From SAR86 cluster bacterium (lineage in GTDB: Bacteria > Pseudomonadota > Gammaproteobacteria > Magnimaribacterales > AG-339-G14), in contig CP097974.1 of NCBI GenBank assembly GCA_023703675.1, positions 917,288-981,287 on the forward strand: DNA of 64,000 bases, written 5' to 3'. The notes below the pieces were generated by a model. The model saw only the letters and a program-made list of their open reading frames with translations, had not been told where the DNA came from and did no database searches. Positions 33,533 through 43,057 of the stretch are shown here, piece after piece; position 1 is the first letter of the stretch; each line of letters starts with the position of its first letter. The translations under genes and the position numbers were made by a program.

Positions 33533-34801
33533 ATGAGTAAAATCTTTATTGAGATTATCTTTGCCCTTCTGGTGAAAACTTTTCTCTTTTTTTCAAGAAT
33601 TATTTTTACAGTAATTTGCTTTATGAGAGAGGAAAGGAAATTGTTTAAAAAACAAAGTAATAATCTAAACATCAAAGGTATTCGCCTAAAAAAAAGATTT
33701 ATTCATATTGATGGTTATCAGCACTTGATAACAGAATGTGGTGATTCTGAAGCCTCGGAGGAAAATACTATCGTAATGATGGGTGGCATTCCTTGCGATC
33801 CAAGCGAGAGCCTATACTGGATGACAGCAGAACTTTGCAGATTAGATAAAGATTTACATATTTTAATTTTGCATCTTCCCTATTACGAAGATCATTCAAA
33901 AATTGATTTGGATAAGAATCTTTATGCAAAGTTCAATGCATTGAAGCTTCCTTTCGATCGTGAAATAAATTTAAAGGAAATTAACATTGATCCAAAATTT
34001 AACCACGAATACCAAGCAGAAATTACCTTAAAAATATTTAAAAAATTAAAATTAAGAAAAGCTCATTTTGTTGGACATGACAGAGGTGTAATAGTTTTTG
34101 AAAACTTATTAATTTCAAATCAAGAAATATTTCTTAGCTTGAGCAGAGGGTCTCAGGTTTGGGATTATTATAAGGACGATTGGTCAAAATTAGCTCCCAA
34201 GATTTGTGTAGGGCCTCCCCACAGGTACATGGTATATCCTTATCAATTGAGGCTTTTATTTATTCTCATAACATTCATTAAACTTCCTTTTGGAATTACA
34301 GAAATAGCTAACCATTTAAAAGGCTCAAAAAAGGGTTCTGAAGAATATGATCGAGTAACTCACCTGATTTACAAAGCAAATAATCCTTCAAGAAAATTTC
34401 TTTTAAAAGCTCAACAAACTTTCATGCAAACTGATTCTAAAAAGGAAGTTTTTAATAGAAAGAAATTGAAGCACATAGACGTAAAAATAATGCAATTTCA
34501 AGGAGAAGATGAATTTAAATACGGAAAAAATAGAAAATTAATATCTGACCAACCTTATTTTGGAGTTTATAATCTTTTTAAAAATGAAGTCGAAGATTTA
34601 TTTCCTGGTTGTGTAGGTCAAGATCCAAATAAAAAAGTTTCAAATCTAATTGAAGAAAAAGGGGATTATAGAAAGCTTAAGTTGTTGCCCAACGCAAAAC
34701 TTCAATCTTTTGCTCTCATTCCAAAATCTTCACATTTTAATGTCATAGAAAATCCTAAAGGTTGTGCAAATGCAGTGTATGATTTTATTAAAAATATTTA
34801 A
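33533..34801 (+). CDS. membrane-anchored alpha/beta-hydrolase-fold protein with an Asp-type nucleophile elbow (epoxide-hydrolase/dehalogenase-like)
   Basis: 422 aa. Hydrophobic N-terminal segment, MMGGIP oxyanion-type motif, HFVGHDRGVIV nucleophile elbow, C-terminal SSHFNVIENP (catalytic His context) and a long insert between them. Confidence 0.55.
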   Translation: MSKIFIEIIFALLVKTFLFFSRIIFTVICFMREERKLFKKQSNNLNIKGIRLKKRFIHIDGYQHLITECGDSEASEENTIVMMGGIPCDPSESLYWMTAELCRLDKDLHILILHLPYYEDHSKIDLDKNLYAKFNALKLPFDREINLKEINIDPKFNHEYQAEITLKIFKKLKLRKAHFVGHDRGVIVFENLLISNQEIFLSLSRGSQVWDYYKDDWSKLAPKICVGPPHRYMVYPYQLRLLFILITFIKLPFGITEIANHLKGSKKGSEEYDRVTHLIYKANNPSRKFLLKAQQTFMQTDSKKEVFNRKKLKHIDVKIMQFQGEDEFKYGKNRKLISDQPYFGVYNLFKNEVEDLFPGCVGQDPNKKVSNLIEEKGDYRKLKLLPNAKLQSFALIPKSSHFNVIENPKGCANAVYDFIKNI

Positions 34802-34809
34802 AACTGATA

Positions 34810-35193
34810 ATGAACAAGATAAATCCAATAAAAACCTGGCACAAAGTAGTTGAAAATGGAGAACTTTCTAAGTTAGATGAAATCCTAGATGAAGATTGCA
34901 ATTTTTATTCACCAGTAGTTTTTTCACCGCAAAATGGAAGAGAAACAACAAAGAAATATTTAAGTGCTGCAGCTATCGTTTTTGCTGACGAAAGCTTTAA
35001 ATACACAAAAGAGCTAATCTCCAACGAGTTAGCTTGTTTAGAGTTTGAACTAGTTCTCAACGAAATAAATATTAATGGTATAGATATTATTTCTTGGAAC
35101 GAGGAAGGAAAAATAACAGAGTTTAAAGTCATGATTAGACCACTAAAAGCGGTAGAAATAATTCATAAATACATGGGTGAGGAATTAAAATAG
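34810..35193 (+). CDS. small NTF2/SnoaL-like fold protein (hypothetical)
   Basis: 127 aa. The size and alternating pattern (WHKVVENGELSKLDEILDEDCNFYSP...GIDIISWNEEGKITEFKVMIRP) are typical of SnoaL-like proteins. Assigned by eye only. Confidence 0.4.
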   Translation: MNKINPIKTWHKVVENGELSKLDEILDEDCNFYSPVVFSPQNGRETTKKYLSAAAIVFADESFKYTKELISNELACLEFELVLNEININGIDIISWNEEGKITEFKVMIRPLKAVEIIHKYMGEELK

Positions 35194-35200
35194 ATTTCTC

Positions 35201-35566
35201 TTAAAATTTTTCTTCATCAACGATTTCTGCATCAATTATCTGCTCCTCATTTTTCTTTTTTTTAGTTTTCTTCGCTGGAGAAAAAAACATTCCTAATAAT
35301 AGAAAAAAATAAGGCCAAAAAAATAAAAGAACTGCAAAAAGTATATTCCAACCCCATACCAAAGTTGCTCCGAGTATTCCTAATATGGGTCCTACTAATG
35401 GGGTAAATGTCAAAAAAATTGAAACTATGAAAGTGACCCCTTCGAGAAAAGTGTTATTGATATTAAAAATGAATAGTAAAGAATCTGTGACAGCGGTAAT
35501 TTGAAAAATTGAAATTATAAAATAAAAACCTAATGTTAAAAGAATCCAATTAAAGGAAATTTTCAA
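35201..35566 (-). CDS. hypothetical small integral membrane protein (TTG start)
   Basis: 121 aa with about 3-4 hydrophobic segments and a charged KKTKKKKNEEQ tail. The TTG start overlaps the rraA TGA (TTGA) and is preceded by GGAGGA. Confidence 0.5.
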   Translation of the reverse strand: MKISFNWILLTLGFYFIISIFQITAVTDSLLFIFNINNTFLEGVTFIVSIFLTFTPLVGPILGILGATLVWGWNILFAVLLFFWPYFFLLLGMFFSPAKKTKKKKNEEQIIDAEIVDEEKF

Positions 35567-36051
35567 AAATCCTCCAATTTAATTTCAGAAACGAGCACAC
35601 CACTTTCATCAGCATATATCCAAGAATCTTCTTTTACTAAAATACCTCCTATTTCAATTGGCTGTCCTAGTGCGCCTCTATTTTCTTTGTTGCTTCTCAC
35701 CGGACAAGAACCAGTGGCAAAAATACCTAGCGAGAGTGCTTTTAAAATTTCTACATCGCGAACACAACCATTGATTATCACTCCCTCCCAAGAATTCTCA
35801 ATCGCCTGCTTTGCAAGCATATCGCCCAGAAGAGCTACTTTAGAACTTCCATTGCCGTCAACTAAAAGAACTTGGCCAGAACCATCTTGACTCAATATTT
35901 CCTTTACCTTGCTATTATCTTCTGGACATTGCGCGGTTTTAACTTGTCCACAAAAATATTCTTTTTTTCCAAAGCTACGAAATTGAATATTGATGGCAAG
36001 TGAATGAGAGTATTTATCACTAATATCTGGCGTACTAAATCTTTTAGTCAT
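35563..36051 (-). CDS. rraA: RraA family protein (regulator of RNase E activity A / HMG aldolase family)
   Basis: The ATG at 36049-36051 (MTKRFSTPDISDKY..., 162 aa) is collinear with E. coli RraA. Shared features include QVLLVDGNGSSKVALLGDMLA, WEGVIINGCVRD and the ending ...YADESGVLVS. Confidence 0.85.
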   Translation of the reverse strand: MTKRFSTPDISDKYSHSLAINIQFRSFGKKEYFCGQVKTAQCPEDNSKVKEILSQDGSGQVLLVDGNGSSKVALLGDMLAKQAIENSWEGVIINGCVRDVEILKALSLGIFATGSCPVRSNKENRGALGQPIEIGGILVKEDSWIYADESGVLVSEIKLEDF

Positions 36052-36064
36052 TTTACGAATTATA

Positions 36065-37633
36065 ATGCATAAGATGGCCAAGAAAAAAAATGTAAAAAAA
36101 AATTCATTTATAAGCTATGAATTCAATAATCCTTTTGAGTTCTCAACTGAGCTAGCCTTAGAGAGATCTGATATTTCAGAGACTTGGCCCAAATCAACAA
36201 TTAGAGAAATTAATAAAATCAAAAAAGAGGGGCCGTTGGATTCTTCTGTTTCCAGAGTTGATTTAACAGATAAATTTTTCGTAACAATAGACGGTAAAAG
36301 TGCAAAAGATTTTGACGATGCCCTCTATGCAGAGGAAACCTCTTCTGGTTTTAAGCTATTCGTCTCAATTTCCGATGTGTCTGAATATGTAAGAAAGAAT
36401 TCAGCTTTAGATATTGAAGCTTTGAATAGAGGCACTTCGATATACTTTAGAAATAAAGTGATCCCTATGTTGCCTGAATTGTTATCAAACGGCAGGTGTT
36501 CTCTTAATCCGAATGAGAAAAAATATACGATATCTTGTGTTATTGACCTCACCAAAGATGCAGAAATAAAGGATTACTATTTTTGTGAATCAGTTATAGC
36601 GTCCAAAGCCCGTCTCACCTACGAAAATCTAGGACCTCTTTTTTCAAAACCAAAAAATAAGTTGGATAAAAAAATTAATATCAATTTAAATAATTTAGAA
36701 AAAATATATCGAGCTTTAAAGCAAAGGAGACAACAAAGAAATAGTATTGAATTTAACCTTTCTGAAACTAAACCGATCTCAAATAAATCCAATCGAATTT
36801 TAAAGTTCTCTAAATTAAAAAGGAATGAATATCATGGTGTTGTAGAAGAATGCATGATTCTCGCAAATATTTGTGCCGCTAATTTTTTACTTAAAAGAAA
36901 AATTCCTACAATTTTTAGATTTCATGAAAAACCTGATCTTTCTAAGATCTCAAACTTGAAAGAATTTCTTACAAGTAGAGGTTTTAAGAAAAATATGAAA
37001 ACTAGTAACTCTAGAAATGCAATTCTTAGTTGGCTGAAAGAATCAAAAAAAACAAGATTTGAAGAAATAATCAATATTCAAATTTTGAGAAGCATGAAAC
37101 TCGCGAAGTATGACTCTGCTAATAGCGATCATTTTGCATTAGCTCTTGACAGATATTGTCATTTCACCTCTCCAATAAGAAGATATGCTGATTTAGTTGT
37201 GCATCGAGGCATCAAGGGTTATCTTCGAGAACAAAATAAAAATAATGGCTCAAGATTTTTTTATAATAAAAATGAAGTAGCTGAAATTTCTGAACTTATT
37301 TCTGATAAGGAAAGAAAAGCAGAAAAAATAACAAAGGAAGCAGAAAAGTTTCTCAAGTGCAAGTGTGCCGAAAACTATATCGGAGAGAAGTTTGAGGGCA
37401 CTATTGTTTCAGTTTTTGATTTTGGATTCTTTGTAAAGATTCATAAACTCAATATTGATGGATTTTGCCACATAAATTCTTTTAAAGGCACCAAAAGAAT
37501 TAGATTCAAATTAGATGAGACAATTCAAGCACTGATAGGAAAGAAGGAAAATTATTTTGTTGGGGATTCGATAAAAGTAGAAATAACTTCGGTGGATATT
37601 TTTAGAAAACGCATAGATTTAAAAAAATGCTGA
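36065..37633 (+). CDS. rnr: RNase II/R family 3'-5' exoribonuclease, short form (RNB + S1 only)
   Basis: 522 aa. RNB motifs TIDGKSAKDFDDALYAE and HFALALDRYCHFTSPIRRYADLVVHR. C-terminal S1-like domain (GEKFEGTIVSVFDFGFFVKI). Followed by rlmB as in E. coli rnr-rlmB. Confidence 0.88.
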   Translation: MHKMAKKKNVKKNSFISYEFNNPFEFSTELALERSDISETWPKSTIREINKIKKEGPLDSSVSRVDLTDKFFVTIDGKSAKDFDDALYAEETSSGFKLFVSISDVSEYVRKNSALDIEALNRGTSIYFRNKVIPMLPELLSNGRCSLNPNEKKYTISCVIDLTKDAEIKDYYFCESVIASKARLTYENLGPLFSKPKNKLDKKININLNNLEKIYRALKQRRQQRNSIEFNLSETKPISNKSNRILKFSKLKRNEYHGVVEECMILANICAANFLLKRKIPTIFRFHEKPDLSKISNLKEFLTSRGFKKNMKTSNSRNAILSWLKESKKTRFEEIINIQILRSMKLAKYDSANSDHFALALDRYCHFTSPIRRYADLVVHRGIKGYLREQNKNNGSRFFYNKNEVAEISELISDKERKAEKITKEAEKFLKCKCAENYIGEKFEGTIVSVFDFGFFVKIHKLNIDGFCHINSFKGTKRIRFKLDETIQALIGKKENYFVGDSIKVEITSVDIFRKRIDLKKC

Positions 37634-38337
37634 AAGAAAGAATTGTTACCACAACCGATATAAATTTCATCAAGACTTTAATTGAATTAAATCATGAAAA
37701 AATCGTTGAAATTATTTATAAAGAAGGGATTAAAAGAATAACCTCTATTATTGAATTAGCCAAAGCAAAGGGTGTTCATGTGTCTAAATCGGATACGAAA
37801 GATCTAAAAATATCAATGACCTTTTATCCTCAAGAGATTAAAAATATAAATTTTCTTGAAGATTTAATCTTCAATAAAAAAAATTTATTTTTTCTAATTC
37901 TAGATAGAATTCAGGACCCACAAAATTTAGGTTCTATTTTTAGAACTTCTCTTGGAATGAATGTAGATGCAATTATTGTTCCCAATAAAAATTCATGTCG
38001 TCTCACTAACTCTGTCAGAGAGGTCTCAAAGGGTGCTACTGAAGTAATTCCTTTGATCATGGTATCTAGCCTTACAAAAGTTGCTAAATTTCTTATTCAG
38101 AATGATGTAAATGTGTTTACTTGCTCAAGCGAAAGTAAGAAGAATTTCTATGAAGCTAATTTCAAACAAAATCTAGCGCTAGTATTTGGTTCTGAGAATG
38201 ATGGAGTGTCAAAGGCTTTGGAGGAATTGGCTTCAGAAAAAATTAAAATTCCTATGGATGCAAGATTAGAAAGTCTTAACGTTTCTAATGCTTCTTCTGT
38301 TATTCTATTTGAAGTTTTTCGTCAGAGAGAATTGTAA
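37627..38337 (+). CDS. rlmB: 23S rRNA (guanosine-2'-O)-methyltransferase, SpoU/TrmH family
   Basis: 236 aa. LILDRIQDPQNLGSIFRTS, LVFGSENDGVS and IPMDARLESLNVSNASSVILFE SPOUT motifs. Synteny with rnr. Confidence 0.88.
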   Translation: MLKERIVTTTDINFIKTLIELNHEKIVEIIYKEGIKRITSIIELAKAKGVHVSKSDTKDLKISMTFYPQEIKNINFLEDLIFNKKNLFFLILDRIQDPQNLGSIFRTSLGMNVDAIIVPNKNSCRLTNSVREVSKGATEVIPLIMVSSLTKVAKFLIQNDVNVFTCSSESKKNFYEANFKQNLALVFGSENDGVSKALEELASEKIKIPMDARLESLNVSNASSVILFEVFRQREL

Positions 38338-39258
38338 ATGCTAGTTCAAAGAACATTGACTAATTCAATAAATGCCGTCGGCGTTGGACTGCATTCTGGA
38401 AGAAGAATTTCCATCAAACTCCTGCCAGCAGAAGAGGATACTGGAATCATTTTTAGAAGAGTTGATTTATCTCCGCCCGTAGAGATTAAAGCAATAGTTA
38501 ATAATGTAGGGGCCACAACCCTTGCCACTACTCTAATGGAAGGAGAAGTTGAAATATCAACAATTGAGCATATGTTATCTGCATTTGCGGGCTTGGGAAT
38601 AGATAATGCAATTATTGAAATAGACGATGTAGAGGTGCCAATAATGGATGGAAGTTCTAGTTCTTTTGTGTTTCTTATACAGTCTGCTGGAATTAAAGAA
38701 CAAACTAAGCCAAAAAAATTTATAAAAATTAAAAAAGAAATCTCTGTTGAAACAGATAATGGCGCCTTTGTTAAATTGTCTCCATATGACGGATTCAAGG
38801 TTACATATTCTTTAGTTTATGACGACGATAAGCACAAACAATATTCTAGTAAAAAAAGTATCGATTTTAATTCGACAACTTATTTAAAGGAAATTTCAAG
38901 AGCAAGAACATTTGGTTTTATGGAAGAGCTCAATGTACTTAAAGAAAAAAATCTTGCCTTGGGAGCGAGCGAAAAAAATGCCATAGCTATTGGAGAAGAA
39001 GGAATTCTTAACGAAGAAGGGCTTAGATCTAAAGATGAATTTGTTCAACACAAGATATTAGATGTTGTAGGAGATTTATATCTACTTCAATACAACATAA
39101 TTGGAGAATTTGAAGGCTATAAATCTGGTCATACGCAAAATAATTTGCTTCTAAAAAAATTACAAGAATCGCCGGAGACTTGGGAATTAATTTCATCTGA
39201 CGGTGATGCGCCTGAAATAAAATATATCGAACCAATTATAGATCCTAGTTCAGGTTAA
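38338..39258 (+). CDS. lpxC: UDP-3-O-acyl-N-acetylglucosamine deacetylase
   Basis: 306 aa. QRTLTNSINAVGVGLHSGRRISIKLLPA, TIEHMLSAFAGLGIDN, EVPIMDGSS and HKILDVVGDLYL motifs. Confidence 0.96.
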   Translation: MLVQRTLTNSINAVGVGLHSGRRISIKLLPAEEDTGIIFRRVDLSPPVEIKAIVNNVGATTLATTLMEGEVEISTIEHMLSAFAGLGIDNAIIEIDDVEVPIMDGSSSSFVFLIQSAGIKEQTKPKKFIKIKKEISVETDNGAFVKLSPYDGFKVTYSLVYDDDKHKQYSSKKSIDFNSTTYLKEISRARTFGFMEELNVLKEKNLALGASEKNAIAIGEEGILNEEGLRSKDEFVQHKILDVVGDLYLLQYNIIGEFEGYKSGHTQNNLLLKKLQESPETWELISSDGDAPEIKYIEPIIDPSSG

Positions 39259-39267
39259 TTTTAAATA

Positions 39268-41883
39268 ATGTCCTTTTTAAGTAAAATTTTTGGAAACAAA
39301 GATACAAAAAGCTTAAAAAAAGCTAATAGTTATTTAACTAAAATAAATTCACTAGAAGAAAAATTTTCAAATTTTTCAAACCAAGAATTAAAACAAAAAT
39401 CTGAAGATTTAATAAGTCAATACTCGCAAGAAAAAGATCTAGAAGCACTTATACCAGAAGCTTTCGCAGCTGTTAGAGAATCTAGCAAAAGAAATATAGG
39501 TTTAAGGCATTTTGACTGTCAGATTTTGGGCGGAATAATTTTACATAATGGAAGTATTGCTGAAATGGCTACAGGGGAAGGAAAAACTCTTGCTGCTACC
39601 CTTCCCTGTTACCTGAATGCTCTTTCGAAAAAAAGTGTTTTGGTCATTACTGCTAACGAGTATCTTGCAGAAAGAGACTCTAAATGGATGGGGCCAATTT
39701 TTGAGGGTCTTGGTATGTCAGTTGGATTTATTTCCTCCGGCTTGAGTTTAGCCGAAAGAAAGGCTATTTACGAAAAGGATGTAGTTTACGTTACAAATAA
39801 CGAAATAGGATTTGACTACCTTCGCGACAACATGCTTATCAGAAAAGAGGACAAAACCTTGAGAGAATTAAACTTTGCTGTAATCGATGAAGTTGACTCT
39901 ATTTTAATAGATGAGGCTAGGACCCCTTTAATAATAAGCGGCTTAGCAGAGGATAACGCTGATCTTTATATCAAATTAAAAAATATTCCAAAATCTCTCA
40001 GTGAAGAAATAATAGATGTGGATACAAATGAAACCTCACAGGAAGGTGATTACGTTATCGATTTGCAATCAAACTCTATAGAACTTACTAACCGAGGTCA
40101 TGAAAAGATTGAAGAAAAACTGAGAGAATTAGGTCTCATTACTTCAAATGAAAATCTGTATTCCAGTAAGAATCTAAAGTTGCTCGACATGGTGAATTGT
40201 ATTTTAAGAGCAAATTTACTTTTTCATAAAAATACAGATTATATTTTACAAAATAATAAAATTATTTTAATTGATACAAATTCGGGAAGACCCATGCCAG
40301 GAAGACGATTGTCAGGTGGGGTTCATCAAGCCTTAGAAATGAAAGAAAATCTTTCAATTCAACAAGAAAGCCAAACACTAGCCTCAATCACCTTTCAAAA
40401 TTTTTTTAGATTATTTAAGAAAATTTCTGGAATGACTGGAACAGCTAAAACTGAAGCCGCAGAATTTGAGGAAATCTATGGACTCTCCTCAATTTCTATT
40501 CCAACAAATAAGCCGATGATTAGACTAGATATGGAAGACAAAATCTACTTGTCGATAGAAGAAAAATTTGATGCAGTTGTTAATGAAATATCCACTTTTC
40601 ATTCAAAACAAAGACCTATTTTGATAGGTACTATTTCAATTGAAGCATCTGAAATTATTTCACAGAAGTTAAAGGCCATAGGTATTCACCATAACGTGTT
40701 AAACGCAAAGCAAAATCAAAGTGAGGCTCAAATTATCTCTGAAGCAGGCAAATTAGGAGCGGTTACCATCGCAACAAATATGGCTGGAAGAGGAACTGAC
40801 ATTGTTTTAGGAGGCGTTGATTCTTCTGATGAAGAAAGGGAAAAAATAATTAAATTAGGAGGATTACATGTCATTGGAACAGAAAGACACGAATCTAGAA
40901 GAATAGATAATCAACTAAGAGGAAGAAGTGGTCGGCAAGGCGACCCGGGGTCTTCAAGATTTTTTGTTTCTTTAGAAGATCCTTTGATGAAAATTTTTGC
41001 CCCAGAAAGAATTAAAAATCTAATGACTTCGATGGGAGGAATGGAAAAGGGAGAAGCCATTGAACACAGGATGCTTACGAACGCTATTGAAAGAGCACAG
41101 AGACGTGTTGAAGGAAGAAACTTCGATATCAGAAAAAGAATTTTAGAGTTCGACGATGTCCTTAATGAACAAAGAAAAATAATATATTCACAGCGTGATG
41201 AAATTCTAAACAGTCTAGAGATCAACGATTTAATTGATTCGATGATAGAAGACGTCTTGTCTTTTCAATTTGATCAATTAGTTCCTGAATCTGGTTTGGA
41301 GTCTGAATGGAAAAATGAAGAGCTTAATACTCTTTGTAAAAGTGAATACGGTATCGAAATAGATTTTATAAATATTTTTGAAAAAAATAATACTGACCTT
41401 ACCGAATCTAAAAAAGAGGTTTTAGACATTGTGTCTAAAAAATACTCATCCAAAAGAAACGAAAAAAGAGACGTCTTTAATCAAATTGAAAAACAAATAG
41501 TGCTTCAGGTGATAGACCAAACTTGGAAAAATCATATAAATAGTTTAGATAGTCTTAGACAGAACATTGGGTTTAGAAGTTATGCAGGTAAAGATCCTAG
41601 GCTAGAATATAAAAGAGAAGCTTTTGAAATGTTCGAAAAGCTTTTAGAAAGCATTAAATCTGAATCGGTTAGATTTTTAACTAAAGTTGAAGTCTCTGAA
41701 AATAATTCAGAAGATAATGAAAGAAGTGAAGACTTGATCAATAAAACAAAATCAAAAAAAGCTTCTTTTGATTCATTATTAGAAAATAAATTAGAACCTA
41801 ACATCAATCACAACAATCTAAGTAGCGAAGGTAATAGAAGACAAAGAAGGATGAGAGCCAAAGCTAATAGAAAAAGAAAATGA
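39268..41883 (+). CDS. secA: preprotein translocase ATPase SecA (no C-terminal zinc finger)
   Basis: 871 aa. MATGEGKTLAATLP Walker A, DEVDSILIDEARTPLIISG and TNMAGRGTDIVLGG motifs. Confidence 0.97.
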   Translation: MSFLSKIFGNKDTKSLKKANSYLTKINSLEEKFSNFSNQELKQKSEDLISQYSQEKDLEALIPEAFAAVRESSKRNIGLRHFDCQILGGIILHNGSIAEMATGEGKTLAATLPCYLNALSKKSVLVITANEYLAERDSKWMGPIFEGLGMSVGFISSGLSLAERKAIYEKDVVYVTNNEIGFDYLRDNMLIRKEDKTLRELNFAVIDEVDSILIDEARTPLIISGLAEDNADLYIKLKNIPKSLSEEIIDVDTNETSQEGDYVIDLQSNSIELTNRGHEKIEEKLRELGLITSNENLYSSKNLKLLDMVNCILRANLLFHKNTDYILQNNKIILIDTNSGRPMPGRRLSGGVHQALEMKENLSIQQESQTLASITFQNFFRLFKKISGMTGTAKTEAAEFEEIYGLSSISIPTNKPMIRLDMEDKIYLSIEEKFDAVVNEISTFHSKQRPILIGTISIEASEIISQKLKAIGIHHNVLNAKQNQSEAQIISEAGKLGAVTIATNMAGRGTDIVLGGVDSSDEEREKIIKLGGLHVIGTERHESRRIDNQLRGRSGRQGDPGSSRFFVSLEDPLMKIFAPERIKNLMTSMGGMEKGEAIEHRMLTNAIERAQRRVEGRNFDIRKRILEFDDVLNEQRKIIYSQRDEILNSLEINDLIDSMIEDVLSFQFDQLVPESGLESEWKNEELNTLCKSEYGIEIDFINIFEKNNTDLTESKKEVLDIVSKKYSSKRNEKRDVFNQIEKQIVLQVIDQTWKNHINSLDSLRQNIGFRSYAGKDPRLEYKREAFEMFEKLLESIKSESVRFLTKVEVSENNSEDNERSEDLINKTKSKKASFDSLLENKLEPNINHNNLSSEGNRRQRRMRAKANRKRK

Positions 41884-41884
41884 T

Positions 41885-43057
41885 ATGTTAGACGAAATAG
41901 AAATTGGTTGTGCAACCACGAATTCAAAATACAAAAAACGCTTAGATTGTGCTTTGGTCAAAATTCCTGAATCATCAGCTTTGTCGGGAGTTTTTACCAC
42001 AAATAATTTCAAGTCGGCTCCGGTAAAAAACTGTATAAAAAAATTTAAAAAAAAACTGAAAGGAAATAAATTACTTGCTATCAACGCAGGAAATGCGAAT
42101 GCAGGAACAGGCCTTGCTGGAGAAAAGGATTTGGAGTTATTACTCAATTCTGTGTCCTCAATGACTGGGGTAGAAGTAAAAAATATTCTACCCTTCTCTA
42201 CAGGAGTTATTGGAGAAAGACTTCAAATAAAATCATTAACTTCGGCTTTTGAAAAATGTTCAAAAAGTCTCAAAAAAAATAACTTTAATAACTTGGCTAC
42301 GTCAATAATGACCACTGACAAAAAAGTTAAAATATCAAAAAGAGTTGTAAAAATTGGTAACAAAAAATTCTCGATCTTAGGTGTGGCTAAAGGAGTTGGT
42401 ATGATTGAACCCAACATGGCTACCACATTAAGCTTTATATTTACTGACCTTAAAATTTCCGAATCCTCTTTGAAAAAAATTCACAAAAGCATCTGCAATG
42501 AAACTTTTAATTCTATCTCAATAGATGGTGATCAATCCCCAAGTGATTCGAGTATTTTAGTTGCATCGGGTAAAAATTTAATAAACTCTTCAAAATTACT
42601 CCAAACGTTTAAGAAATCCTTAGAAGTTGTTTTTACAGAACTTTCTGAAAAGCTATTGTTGGATGGAGAAGGAGCCACAAAATTAATTGAGATAGAAGTC
42701 TCAGGACTGAAATCAAAAACTGCTTGTAAGGAAGTAGCAAAAAAAATAGCAAATTCGCCTTTATTAAAAACTGCTGCCTATGGAGAAGACCCTAATTGGG
42801 GTCGAATACTATCTGCAGCAGGAAATACAAAACATAAATTTCTAGCAAAAAACGTATCTTTAAAGATCGGTCAAATAAAAGTTCTTAACAAAGGAGAGAT
42901 TCACAAAAAATATAGAGAGTCTTTGGGTAAAAAAGAATTCAAAAAACAAAGAATATCTTTAGCTGTTAACTTAGGACCCTCTAAACATTGTGTAAAAGTA
43001 AAATCATCTGATTTGACTCATGAGTATGTTTCTATAAATAGTGATTACCGAAGTTAA
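41885..43057 (+). CDS. argJ: bifunctional ornithine acetyltransferase / N-acetylglutamate synthase
   Basis: 390 aa. GVAKGVGMIEPNMATTLSFIFTD (autocleavage-site context) and GEDPNWGRIL. secA-argJ adjacency as in Pseudomonas. Confidence 0.92.
   Translation: MLDEIEIGCATTNSKYKKRLDCALVKIPESSALSGVFTTNNFKSAPVKNCIKKFKKKLKGNKLLAINAGNANAGTGLAGEKDLELLLNSVSSMTGVEVKNILPFSTGVIGERLQIKSLTSAFEKCSKSLKKNNFNNLATSIMTTDKKVKISKRVVKIGNKKFSILGVAKGVGMIEPNMATTLSFIFTDLKISESSLKKIHKSICNETFNSISIDGDQSPSDSSILVASGKNLINSSKLLQTFKKSLEVVFTELSEKLLLDGEGATKLIEIEVSGLKSKTACKEVAKKIANSPLLKTAAYGEDPNWGRILSAAGNTKHKFLAKNVSLKIGQIKVLNKGEIHKKYRESLGKKEFKKQRISLAVNLGPSKHCVKVKSSDLTHEYVSINSDYRS

Noticed and set aside
38346-38798. Long antisense ORFs inside well-supported genes. 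Examples: 150 aa opposite lpxC, 141 aa at 22775-23200 and 113 aa at 20201-20542 opposite rpoC, 123 aa at 10643-11014 opposite rplE, 110 aa at 26852-27184 opposite rpoB, 109 aa at 41818-42147 across secA/argJ, and 108 aa at 45118-45444 opposite the flavoprotein gene.
   Set aside because: Each lies entirely within (or across) a gene with strong motif-level support on the other strand. The translations are low-complexity Ser/Leu/Phe/Ile-rich strings with no recognisable motifs. They have no independent start context. These are typical shadow ORFs.
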